Source: Eledone cirrhosa
Lineage: Eukaryota
DNA: 64,000 nt
Direction of reading: 5' to 3'
Assembly: GCA_964016885.1 (NCBI GenBank)
Contig: CAXHJY010000491.1
Coordinates: forward strand, 1 to 64,000
Shown here: positions 35,801 to 50,800 of the stretch, in pieces
Layout of the letters: each line of letters opens with the position of its first letter
Position numbering within the stretch: the first letter of the stretch is position 1
Position numbers and translations under genes: made by a program
The notes under the pieces: generated by a model
Database searches by the model: none
What the model was told of the DNA's origin: nothing
What the model saw: the letters and a program-made list of their open reading frames with translations, nothing else

Positions 35801-38800
35801 TGTTACAGCACTATAGCAAGTACTGAAACTGTTACAGCACTATAGCAAGTACTGAGAATGTTACGACACTATAGCAAGTATTGAGACTGTTACAACACTA
35901 TAGCAAGTATTGACTACTGAGATTGTTACAACACTATAGCAAGTACTGAGACTGTTACAACACTATAGCAAGTACTGACTACTGAGATTGTTACAACACT
36001 ATAGCAAGTACTGAGACTGTTACAGCACGATAGCAAGTACTGAGACTGTTACACCAGTATAGCAAGTACTGAGATTGTTACAATAATATAGCAAGTACTG
36101 AGACTGTTACAACAATATAGCAAGTACTGACTACTGAGACTGTTACAACACTATAGCAAGTACTGAGACTGTTACAACACTATAGCAAACACTGAGACTG
36201 TTACAACACTATAGCAAGTACTGAGACTGTTACAACACTATAGCAAGTACTGAGACTGTTACAACACTAGAGCAAGTACTGAGACTGTTACAACAATATA
36301 GCAAGTACTGAGACTGTTACAACACTATTGCATGTACTGAGACTGTAACAACACTATATCAAGTAGTGAGACTGTTACAACACTACAGCAAGTACTGAGA
36401 CTGTTACAGCACTGTATCAAGTACTGAGACTGTTACAACACTATAGAAAGTACTGAGACTGTTACAACACTATAGCAAGTACTGAGTCTGTTACAGCACT
36501 ATAGCAAGTACAGAAACTGTTACAGCACTATAGCAAGTACTGAGACTGTTACGACACTATAGCAAGTATTGAGACTGTTACAGCACTATAGCAAGTATTG
36601 ACTACTGAGATTGTTACAACACTATAGCAAGTACTGAGACTGTTACAACACTATAGCAAGTACTGACTACTGAGATTGTTACAACACTATAGCAAGTACT
36701 GAGACTGTTACAGCACGATAGCAAGTACTGATACTGTTACAACACTATTGCATGTACTAAGACTGTAACAACACTATATCAAGTACTGAGACTGTTACAA
36801 CACTATAGCAAGTACTGAGACAGTTACAGCACGATAGCAAGTACTGAGACTGTTACAGCACTATAGTAAGTACTGAGACTGTTACAAGACTATAGCAAGT
36901 ACTGAGACTGTTACAACACTATAGCAAGTACTAAGACTGTTACAGCACTATAGCAAGTACTGAGACTGTTACAGCACTATAGAAAGTACTGAGTCTATTA
37001 CAACACTATTGCAAGTTCTGAGACTGTTACAACACTATAACAAGTACTGAGACTGTTACAACACTATAGCAAGTACTGAGACAGTTACAGCACGATAGCA
37101 AGTACTGAGACTGGTACAGCACTATAGTAAGTACTTAGACTGTTACAAGACTATAGCAAGTAATGAGACTGTTACAACTGTGTAGCAAGTACTGACTACT
37201 GAGATTGTTACAACACTATAGCAAGTACTAAGACTTTTACAACACTATAGCAAGTACTGACTACTGAGATTGCTACAACACTATAGCAAGTACTGAGACT
37301 GTTACAGCACGATAGCAAGTACTGAGACTGTTACAACAATATAGCAGGTACTGAGACAGTTAAAACACTATAGCAAGTACTGAGACTGTTACAACACTAT
37401 AGCAAGTACTGAGACTGTTACAGCACTATAGCAAGTACTGAGACTGGTACACCAATATAGCAAGTACTGAGACTGTTACAACAATATAGCAAGTACTGTG
37501 ACTGTTACAACAATATAGCAAGTACTGACTACTGAGACTGTTACAACACTATAGCAAGTACTGAGACTGTTAAAACACTATAGCAAGTACTGAGACTGTG
37601 ACAACACTATAGCAAGTACTGAGACTGTTACAACACTATTGCATGTACTGAGACTGTAACAACACTATATCAAGTAGTGAGACTGTTACAACACTATAGC
37701 AAGTACTGAGACTGTTACAACACTATAGCAAGTACTGAGACTGTTACAGCACTGTATCAAGTACTGAGACTGTTACAACACTATAGAAAGTACTGAGACT
37801 GTTACAACACTATAGCAAGTACTGAGACTGTTACAGCACTATAGCAAGTACTGAAACTTTTACAGCACTATAGCAAGTATTGAGACTGTTACGACACTAT
37901 AGCAAGTATTGACTACTGAGATTGTTACAACACTATAGCAAGTACTGAGACTGTTACAACACTATAGCAAGTACTGACTACTGAGATTGTTACAACACTA
38001 TAGCAAGTACTGAGACAGTTACAGCACGATAGCAAGTACTGAGACTGTTACAACACTATTGCATGTACTAAGACTGTTACAACACTATAGCAAGTACTGA
38101 GACAGTTACAGCACGATGGCAAGTACTGAGACTGTTACAGCACTATAGTAAGTACTGAGACTGTTACAACACTATAGCAAGTACTGAGACTGTTACAACA
38201 CTATAGCAAGTACTGAGACTGTTACAGAACTATAGCAAGTACTGAGACTGTTACAGCACTATAGAAAGTACTGAGTCTATTACCACACTATTGCAAGTTC
38301 TGAGACTGTTACAGCACTATAGTAAGTACTTAGACTGTTACAAGACTATAGCAAGTAATGAGACTGTTACAACAGTGTAGCAAGTACTGACTACTGAGAT
38401 TGTTACAACACTATAGCAAGTACTGAGACTGTTACAACACTATAGCAAGTACTGACTACTGAGATTGTTACAACACTATAGCAAGTACTGAGACTGTTAC
38501 AGCACGATAGCAAGTACTGAGACTGTTACAACACTATTGCATGTACTAAGACTGTAACAACACTATATCAAGTACTGTGACTGTTACAACACTATAGCAA
38601 GTACTGAGACAGTTACAGCACGATAGCAAGTACTGAGACTGTTACAGCACTATAGTAAGTACTGAGACTGTTACAACACTATAGCAAGTACTGAGACTGT
38701 TACAACACCATAGCAAGTACTAAGACTGTTACAGCACTATAGCAAGTACTGAGACTGTTACAGCACTATAGAAAGTACTGAGTCTATTACAACACTATTG

Positions 38801-41800
38801 CAAGTTCTGAGACTGTTACAACACTATAACAAGTACTGAGACTGTTACAACACTATAGCAAGTACTGAGACAGTTACAGCACGATAGCAAGTACTGAGAC
38901 TGGTACAGCACTATAGTAAGTACTTAGACTGTTACAAGACTATAGCAAGTAATGAGACTGTTACAACAGTGTAGCAAGTACTGACTACTGAGATTGTTAC
39001 AACACTATAGCAAGTACTGTGACTGTTACAACACTATAGCAAGTACTGACTACTGAGATTGTTACAACACTATAGCAAGTACTGAGACTGTTACAGCACG
39101 ATAGCAAGTACTGAGACTGTTACAACAATATAGCAGGTACTGAGACAGTTAAAACACTATAGCAAGTACTGAGACTGTTACAACACTATAGCAAGTACTG
39201 AGACTGTTACAGCACTATAGCAAGTACTGAGACTGGTACACCAATATAGCAAGTACTGAGACTGTTACAACAATATAGCAAGTACTGACTACTGAGACTG
39301 TTACAACACTATAGCAAGTACTGAGACTGTTAAAACACTATAGCAAGTACTGAGACTGTGACAACACTATAGCAAGTACTGAGACTGTTACAACACTATT
39401 GCATGTACTGAGACTGTAACAACACTATATCAAGTAGTGAGACTGTTACAACACTATAGCAAGTACTGAGGCTGTTACAACACTATAGCAAGTACTGAGA
39501 CTGTTACAGCACTGTATCAAGTACTGAGACTGTTACAACACTATAGAAAGTACTGAGACTGTTACAACACTATAGCAAGTACTGAGACTGTTACAGCACT
39601 ATAGCAAGTACTGAAACTGTTACAGCACTATAGCAAGTATTGAGACTGTTACGACACTATAGCAAGTATTGAGACTGTTACAACACTATAGCAAGTATTG
39701 ACTACTGAGATTGTTACAACACTATAGCAAGTACTGAGACTGTTACAACACTATAGCAAGTACTGACTACTGAGATTGTTACAACACTATAGCAAGTACT
39801 GAGACAGTTACAGCACGATAGCAAGTACTGAGACTGTTACAACACTATTGCATGTACTAAGACTGTTACAACACTATAGCAAGTACTGAGACAGTTACAG
39901 CACGATGGCAAGTACTGAGACTGTTACAGCACTATAGTAAGTACTGAGACTGTTACAACACTATAGCAAGTACTGAGACTGTTACAACACTATAGCAAGT
40001 ACTGAGACTGTTACAGAACTATAGCAAGTACTGAGACTGTTACAGCACTATAGAAAGTACTGAGTCTATTACCACACTATTGCAAGTTCTGAGACTGTTA
40101 CAGCACTATAGTAAGTACTTAGACTGTTACAAGACTATAGCAAGTAATGAGACAGTTACAACAGTGTAGCAAGTACTGACTACTGAGATTGTTACAACAC
40201 TATAGCAAGTACTGAGACTGTTACAACACTATAGCAAGTACTGACTACTGAGATTGTTACAACACTATAGCAAGTACTGAGACTGTTACAGCACGATAGC
40301 AAGTACTGAGACTGTTACAACACTATTGCATGTACTAAGACTGTAACAACACTATATCAAGTACTGAGACTGTTACAACACTATAGCAAGTACTGAGACA
40401 GTTACAGCACGATAGCAAGTACTGAGACTGTTAGAGCACTATAGTAAGTACTGAGACTGTTACAACACTATAGCAAGTACTGAGACTGTTACAACACCAT
40501 AGCAAGTACTAAGACTGTTACAGCACTATAGCAAGTACTGAGACTGTTACAGCACTATAGAAAGTACTGAGTCTATTACAACACTATTGCAAGTTCTGAG
40601 ACTGTTACAACACTATAACAAGTACTGAGACTGTTACAACACTATAGCAAGTACTGAGACAGTTACAGCACGATAGCAAGTACTGAGACTGGTACAGCAC
40701 TATAGTAAGTACTTAGACTGTTACAAGACTATAGCAAGTAATGAGACTGTTACAACAGTGTAGCAAGTACTGACTACTGAGATTGTTACAACACTATAGC
40801 AAGTACTGTGACTGTTACAACACTATAGCAAGTACTGACTACTGAGATTGTTACAACACTATAGCAAGTACTGAGACTGTTACAGCACGATAGCAAGTAC
40901 TGAGACTGTTACAACAATATAGCAGGTACTGAGACAGTTAAAACACTATAGCAAGTACTGAGACTGTTACAACACTATAGCAAGTACTGAGACTGTTACA
41001 GCACTATAGCAAGTACTGAGACTGGTACACCAATATAGCAAGTACTGAGACTGTTACAACAATATGGCAAGTACTGAGACTGTTACAACAATATAGCAAG
41101 TACTGACTACTGAGACTGTTACAACACTATAGCAAGTACTGAGACTGTTAAAACACTATAGCAAGTACTGAGACTGTTACAACAATATAGCAAGTACTGA
41201 GACTGTTACAACACTATAGCAAGTACTGTGACTGTTACAACACTATAGCAAGTACTGAAACTGTTACAACACTATAGCAAGTACTGAGACTGTTACAACA
41301 ATATAGCAAGTACTGACTACTGAGACTGTTACAACATTACAGCAAGTACTGAGACTGTTACAACACTATAGCAAGTACTGAGACTGTTACAACATTATAG
41401 CAAGTACTGAGACTGTTACAGCACTATAGCAAGTACTGAAACTGTTACAGCACTATAGCAAGTACTGAGAATGTTACGACACTATAGCAAGTATTGAGAC
41501 TGTTACAACACTATAGCAAGTATTGACTACTGAGATTGTTACAACACTATAGCAAGTACTGAGACTGTTACAACACTATAGCAAGTACTGACTACTGAGA
41601 TTGTTACAACACTATAGCAAACACTGAGACTGTTACAACACTATAGCAAGTACTGAGACTGTTACAGCACTATAGCAAGTACTGAGACTGTTACACCAGC
41701 ATAGCAAGTACTGAGATTGTTACAATAATATAGCAAGTACTGAGACTGTTACAACAATATAGCTAGTACTGACTACTGAGACTGTTACAACACTATAGCA

Positions 41801-44800
41801 AGTACTGAGACTGTTACAACACTATAGCAAACACTGAGACTGTTACAACACCATAGCAAGTACTGAGACTGTTACAACACTATAGTAAGTACTGAGACTG
41901 TTACAACACTAGAGCAAGTACTGAGACTGTTACAACAATATAGCAAGTACTGAGACTGTTACAACACTATATCAAGTACAGAGACTGTTACAACACTATA
42001 GCAAGTACTGAGACTGTTACAACACTATAGCAAGTACTGAGACTGTTACAACACTATATCAAGTACTGAGACTGTTACAACACTATAGCAAGTACTGAGA
42101 CTGTTACAACACTATAGCAAGTACTGAGACTGTTACAGCACTATAGCAAGTACTGAGACTGGTACACCAATATAGCAAGTACTGAGACTGTTACAACAAT
42201 ATAGCAAGTACTGAGACTGTTACAACAATATAGCAAGTACTGACTACTGAGACTGTTACAACACTATAACAAGTACTGAGACTGTTACAACACTATAGCA
42301 AGTACTGAGACAGTTACAGCACGATAGCAAGTACTGAGACTGGTACAGCTCTATAGTAAGTACTTAGACTGTTACAAGACTATAGCAAGTAATGAGACTG
42401 TTACAACTGTGTAGCAAGTACTGACTACTGAGATTGTTACAACACTATAGCAAGTACTGAGACTGTTACAACACTATAGCAAGTACTGACTACTGAGATT
42501 GTTACAACACTATAGCAAGTACTGAGACTGTTACAGCACGATAGCAAGTACTGAGAGTGTTACAACAATATAGCAGGTACTGAGACAGTTAAAACACTAT
42601 AGCAAGTACTGAGACTGTTACAACACTATAGCAAGTACTGAGACTGTTACAGCACTATAGCAAGTACTGAGACTGGTACACCAATATAGCAAGTACTGAG
42701 ACTGTTACAACAATATAGCAAGTACTGAGACTGTTACAACAATATAGTAAGTACTGACTACTGAGACTGTTACAACACTATAGCAAGTACTGAGACTGTT
42801 AAAACACTATAGCAAGTACTGAGACTGTGACAACACTATAGCAAGTACTGAGACTGTTACAACACTATTGCATGTACTGAGACTGTAACAACACTATATC
42901 AAGTAGTGAGACTGTTACAACACTATAGCAAGTACTGAGACTGTTACAACACTATAGCAAGTACTGAGACTGTTACAGCACTGTATCAAGTACTGAGACT
43001 GTTACAACACTATAGAAAGTACTGAGACTGTTACAACACTATAGCAAGTACTGAAACTGTTACAGCACTATAGCAAGTACTGAAACTGTTACAGCACTAT
43101 AGCAAGTATTGAGACTGTTACGACACTATAGCAAGTATTGAGACTGTTACAACACTATAGCAAGTATTGACTACTGAGATTGTTACAACACTATAGCAAG
43201 TACTGAGACTGTTACAACACTATAGCAAGTACTGACTACTGAGATTGTTACAACACTATAGCAAGTACTGAGACAGTTACAGCACGATAGCAAGTACTGA
43301 GACTGTTACAACACTATTGCATGTACTAAGACTGTTACAACACTATAGCAAGTACTGAGACAGTTACAGCACGATGGCAAGTACTGAGACTGTTACAGCA
43401 CTATAGTAAATACTGAGACTGTTACAACACTATAGCAAGTACTGAGACTGTTACAACACTATAGCAAGTACTGAGACTGTTACAGAACTATAGCAAGTAC
43501 TGAGACTGTTACAGCACTATAGAAAGTACTGAGTCTATTACCACACTATTGCAAGTTCTGAGACTGTTACAGCACTATAGTAAGTACTTAGACTGTTACA
43601 AGACTATAGCAAGTAATGACACTGTTACAACAGTGTAGCAAGTACTGACTACTGAGATTGTTACAACACTATAGCAAGTACTGAGACTGTTACAACACTA
43701 TAGCAAGTACTGACTACTGAGATTGTTACAACACTATATCAAGTACTGAGACTGTTACAGCACGATAGCAAGTACTGAGACTGTTACAACAATATAGCAG
43801 GTACTGAGACAGTTAAAACACTATAGCAAGTACTGAGACTGTTACAACACTATAGCAAGTACTGAGACTGTTACAACACTATAGCAAGTACTGTGACTGT
43901 TACAACACTATAGCAAGTACTGAAACTGTTACAACACTATAGCAAGTACTGAGACTGTTACAACAATATAGCAAGTACTGACTACTGAGACTGTTACAAC
44001 ACTATAGCAAGTACTGAGACTGTTACAGCACTATTGCAAGTACTGAGACTGTTACAACACTATAGCAAGTACTGAAACTGTTACAACACTATTGCAAGTA
44101 CTGAGACTGTTACAACACTATAGCAAGTACTGAGACTGTTTCAACACTATAGCAAGTACTGAGACTGTTACAACACTATAGCAAGTAGTGAGACTGTTAC
44201 AACAATATAGCAAGTACTGACTACTGAGACTGTTACAACACTATAGCAAGTACTGAGAATGTTAAAACACTATAGCAAGTACTGAGACTGTGACAACACT
44301 ATAGCAAGTACTGAGACTGTTACAACACTATTGCATGTACTGAGACTGTAACAACACTATATCAAGTAGTGAGACTGTTACAACACTATAGCAAGTACTG
44401 AGACTGTTACAACACTACAGCAAGTACTGAGACTGTTACAGCACTGTATCAAGTACTGAGACTGTTACAACACTATAGCAAGTACTGAGTCTGTTACAGC
44501 ACTATAGCAAGTACTGAAACTGTTACAGCACTATAGCAAGTACTGAGACTGTTACGACACTATAGCAAGTATTGAGACTGTTACAACACTATAGCAAGTA
44601 TTGACTACTGAGATTGTTACAACACTATAGCAAGTACTGAGACTGTTACAACACTATAGCAAGTACTGACTACTGAGATTGTTACAACACTATAGCAAGT
44701 ACTGAGACTGTTACAGCACGATAGCAAGTACTGAGACTGTTACAACACTATTGCATGTACTAAGACTGTAACAACACTATATCAAGTACTGAGACTGTTA

Positions 44801-47800
44801 CAACACTATAGCAAGTACTGAGACAGTTACAGCACGATAGCAAGTACTGAGACTGTTACAGCACTATAGTAAGTACTGAGACTGTTACAACACTATAGCA
44901 AGTACTGAGACTGTTACAACACTATAGCAAGTACTAAGACTGTTACAGCACTATAGCAAGTACTGAGACTGTTACAGCACTATAGAAAGTACTGAGTCTA
45001 TTACAACACTATTGCAAGTTCTGAGACTGTTACAACACTATAACAAGTACTGAGACTGTTACAACACTATAGCAAGTACTGAGACAGTTACAGCACGATA
45101 GCAAGTACTGAGACTGGTACAGCACTATAGTAAGTACTTAGACTGTTACAAGACTATAGCAAGTAATGAGACTGTTACAACTGTGTAGCAAGTACTGACT
45201 ACTGAGATTGTTACAACACTATAGCAAGTACTGAGACTGTTACAACACTATAGCAAGTACTGACTACTGAGATTGTTACAACACTATAGCAAGTACTGAG
45301 ACTGTTACAGCACGATAGCAAGTACTGAGACTGTTACAACAATATAGCAGGTACTGAGACAGTTAAAACACTATAGCAAGTACTGAGACTGTTACAACAC
45401 TATAGCAAGTACTGAGACTGTTACAGCACTATAGCAAGTACTGAGACTGGTACACCAATATAGCAAGTACTGAGACTGTTACAACAATATAGCAAGTACT
45501 GAGACTGTTACAACAATATAGCAAGTACTGACTACTGAGACTGTTACAACACTATAGCAAGTACTGAGACTGTTAAAACACTATAGCAAGTACTGAGACT
45601 GTGACAACACTATAGCAAGTACTGAGACTGTTACAACACTATTGCATGTACTGAGACTGTAACAACACTATATCAAGTAGTGAGACTGTTACAACACTAT
45701 AGCAAGTACTGAGACTGTTACAACACTATAGCAAGTACTGAGACTGTTACAGCACTGTATCAAGTACTGAGACTGTTACAACACTATAGAAAGTACTGAG
45801 ACTGTTACAACACTATAGCAAGTACTGAGACTGTTACAGCACTATAGCAAGTACTGAAACTGTTACAGCACTATAGCAAGTATTGAGACTGTTACGACAC
45901 TATAGCAAGTATTGAGACTGTTACAACACTATAGCAAGTATTGACTACTGAGATTGTTACAACACTATAGCAAGTACTGAGACTGTTACAACACTATAGC
46001 AAGTACTGACTACTGAGATTGTTACAACACTATAGCAAGTACTGAGACAGTTACAGCACGATAGCAAGTACTGAGACTGTTACAACACTATTGCATATAC
46101 TAAGACTGTTACAACACTATAGCAAGTACTGAGACAGTTACAGCACGATGGCAAGTACTGAGACTGTTACAGCACTATAGTAAGTACTGAGACTGTTACA
46201 ACACTATAGCAAGTACTGAGACTGTTACAACACTATAGCAAGTACTGAGACTGTTACAGAACTATAGCAAGTACTGAGACTGTTACAGCACTATAGAAAG
46301 TACTGAGTCTATTACCACACTATTGCAAGTTCTGAGACTGTTACAGCACTATAGTAAGTACTTAGACTGTTACAAGACTATAGCAAGTAATGAGACTGTT
46401 ACAACAGTGTAGCAAGTACTGACTACTGAGATTGTTACAACACTATAGCAAGTACTGAGACTGTTACAACACTATAGCAAGTACTGACTACTGAGATTGT
46501 TACAACACTATATCAAGTACTGAGACTGTTACAGCACGATAGCAAGTACTGAGACTGTTACAACAATATAGCAGGTACTGAGACAGTTAAAACACTATAG
46601 CAAGTACTGAGACTGTTACAACACTATAGCAAGTACTGAGACTGTTACAACACTATAGCAGGTACTGTGACTGTTACAACACTATAGCAAGTACTGAAAC
46701 TGTTACAACACTATAGCAAGTACTGAGACTGTTACAACAATATAGCAAGTACTGACTACTGAGACTGTTACAACACTATAGCAAGTACTGAGACTGTTAC
46801 AGCACTATTGCACGTACTGAGACTGTTACAACACTATAGCAAGTACTGAAACTGTTACAACACTATTGCAAGTACTGAGACTGTTACAACACTATAGCAA
46901 GTACTGAGACTGTTACAACACTATAGCAAGTACTGAGACTGTTACAACAATATAGCAAGTACTGACTACTGAGACTGTTACAACATTACAGCAAGTACTG
47001 AGACTGTTACAACACTATAGCAAGTACTGAGACTATTACAACAATATAGCAAGTACTGAGACTGTTACAGCACTATATCAAGTAGTGAGACTGTTACAAC
47101 ACTATAGCAAGTACTGAGACTGTTACAGCACTATTGCAAGTACTGAGACTGTTACAACACTATAGCAAGTACTGAGACTGTTACAACACTATTGCAAGTA
47201 CTGAGACTGTTACAACACTATAGCAAGTACTGAGACTGTTACAACACTATAGCAAGTACTGAGACTGTTACAACACTATAGCAAGTACTGAGACTGTTAC
47301 AACACTATAGCAATTACTGAGACTGTTACAGCACTATAGCAAGTACTGAGATCCTTACCGCACTATAGCAAGTCATGAGACTGTTACAACAATATAGCAA
47401 GTACTGAGAGTGTTACAACACTATAGCAAGTACTGAGACTGTTACAACACTATAGCAAGTACTAACTACTGAGATTGTTACAACACTATATCAAGTACTG
47501 AGACTGTTACAACACTATAGCAAGTACTGAGACTGTTACAACAATATAGCAATTACTGAGACTGTTACAACATTATAGCAAGTACTGGGACTGTTACAAC
47601 ACTATAACAAGTACTGGGACTGTTGCAACACTATAGCAAGTACTGAGACTGTTACAACAATATAGCAAGTACTGACTACTGAGACTGTTACAACACTATA
47701 GCAAGTACTGAGACTGTTACAACACTATAGCAAGTACTGACTACTGAGATTGTTACAACACTATAGCAAGTACTGAGACAGTTACAGCACGATAGCAAGT

Positions 47801-50800
47801 ACTGAGACTGTTACAACACTATTGCATGTACTAAGACTGTTACAACACTATAGCAAGTACTGAGACAGTTACAGCACGATGGCAAGTACTGAGACTGTTA
47901 CAGCACTATAGTAAGTACTGAGACTGTTACAACACTATAGCAAGTACTGAGACTGTTACAACACTATAGCAAGTACTGAGACTGTTACAGAACTATAGCA
48001 AGTACTGAGACTGTTACAGCACTATAGAAAGTACTGAGTCTATTACCACACTATTGCAAGTTCTGAGACTGTTACAGCACTATAGTAAGTACTTAGACTG
48101 TTACAAGACTATAGCAAGTAATGAGACTGTTACAACAGTGTAGCAAGTACTGACTACTGAGATTGTTACAACACTATAGCAAGTACTGAGACTGTTACAA
48201 CACTATAGCAAGTACTGACTACTGAGATTGTTACAACACTATATCAAGTACTGAGACTGTTACAGCACGATAGCAAGTACTGAGACTGTTACAACAATAT
48301 AGCAGGTACTGAGACAGTTAAAACACTATAGCAAGTACTGAGACTGTTACAACACTATAGCAAGTACTGAGACTGTTACAACACTATAGCAAGTACTGTG
48401 ACTGTTACAACACTATAGCAAGTACTGAAACTGTTACAACACTATAGCAAGTACTGAGACTGTTACAACAATATAGCAAGTACTGACTACTGAGACTGTT
48501 ACAACACTATAGCAAGTACTGAGACTGTTACAGCACTATTGCAAGTACTGAGACTGTTACAACACTATAGCAAGTACTGAGACTGTTACAACACTATTGC
48601 AAGTACTGAGACTGTTACAACACTATAGCAAGTACTGAGACTGTTACAACACTATAGCAAGTACTGAGACTGTTACAACACTATAGCAAGTACTGAGACT
48701 GTTACAACACTATAGCAATTACTGAGACTGTTACAGCACTATAGCAAGTACTGAGGTCCTTACCGCACTATAGCAAGTCATAAGACTGTTACAACACTAT
48801 AGCAAGTACTGAGACTGTTACAACACTATAGCAAGTACTGAGACTGTTACAACACTATAGCAAGTACTAACTACTGAGATGGTTACAACACTATAGCAAG
48901 TACTGAGACTGTTACAACACTATAGCAAGTACTGAGACTGTTACAACAATATAGCAATTACTGAGGCTCTTACAACACTATAGCAAGTACTGGGACTGAT
49001 ACAACACTATAACAAGTACTGGAACTGTTACAACACTATAGCAAGTACTGGGACTGTTACAACACTATAGCAAGTACTGGGACTGTTACAACACTATAGC
49101 AAGTACTGAGACTGTTACAACACTATAGCAAGTACTGACTACTGAGACTGTTACAACACTATTGCAAGTACTGAGACTGTTACAATACTATAGCAAGTAC
49201 TGAGACTGTTACAACATTATAGCAAGTACTGAAACTCTTACAACACTATAGCAAGTACTGGGACTGTTACAACACTATAGCAAGTAGTGAGACTGTTACA
49301 ACACTATAGCAAGTACTGAGACTGTTACAACACTATAGCAAGTACTGAGACTCTTACAACACTGTAGCAAGTACTGAGACTCTTACAACACTATAGCAAG
49401 TACTGAGACTGTTACAACACTATAGCAAGTACTGAGACTGTTACAACACTATAGCAAGTACTGAGACTGTTACAACAATATAGCAATTACTGAGACTGTT
49501 ACAACATTATAGCAAGTACTGGGACTGTTACAACACTATAACAAGTACTGGGACTGTTGCAACACTATAGCAAGTACTGAGACTGTTACAACAATATAGC
49601 AAGTACTGACTACTGAGACTGTTACAACACTATAGCAAGTACTGAGACTGTTACAACACTATAGCAAGTACTGACTACTGAGATTGTTACAACACTATAG
49701 CAAGTACTGAGACAGTTACAGCACGATAGCAAGTACTGAGACTGTTACAACACTATTGCATGTACTAAGACTGTTACAACACTATAGCAAGTACTGAGAC
49801 AGTTACAGCACGATGGCAAGTACTGAGACTGTTACAGCACTATAGTAAGTACTGAGACTGTTACAACACTATAGCAAGTACTGAGACTGTTACAACACTA
49901 TAGCAAGTACTGAGACTGTTACAGAACTATAGCAAGTACTGAGACTGTTACAGCACTATAGAAAGTACTGAGTCTATTACCACACTATTGCAAGTTCTGA
50001 GACTGTTACAGCACTATAGTAAGTACTTAGACTGTTACAAGACTATAGCAAGTAATGAGACTGTTACAACAGTGTAGCAAGTACTGACTACTGAGATTGT
50101 TACAACACTATAGCAAGTACTGAGACTGTTACAACACTATAGCAAGTACTGACTACTGAGATTGTTACAACACTATATCAAGTACTGAGACTGTTACAGC
50201 ACGATAGCAAGTACTGAGACTGTTACAACAATATAGCAGGTACTGAGACAGTTAAAACACTATAGCAAGTACTGAGACTGTTACAACACTATAGCAAGTA
50301 CTGAGACTGTTACAACACTATAGCAAGTACTGTGACTGTTACAACACTATAGCAAGTACTGAAACTGTTACAACACTATAGCAAGTACTGAGACTGTTAC
50401 AACAATATAGCAAGTACTGACTACTGAGACTGTTACAACACTATAGCAAGTACTGAGACTGTTACAGCACTATTGCAAGTACTGAGACTGTTACAACACT
50501 ATAGCAAGTACTGAGACTGTTACAACACTATTGCAAGTACTGAGACTGTTACAACACTATAGCAAGTACTGAGACTGTTACAACACTATAGCAAGTACTG
50601 AGACTGTTACAACACTATAGCAAGTACTGAGACTGTTACAACACTATAGCAATTACTGAGACTGTTACAGCACTATAGCAAGTACTGAGGTCCTTACCGC
50701 ACTATAGCAAGTCATAAGACTGTTACAACACTATAGCAAGTACTGAGACTGTTACAACACTATAGCAAGTACTGAGACTGTTACAACACTATAGCAAGTA

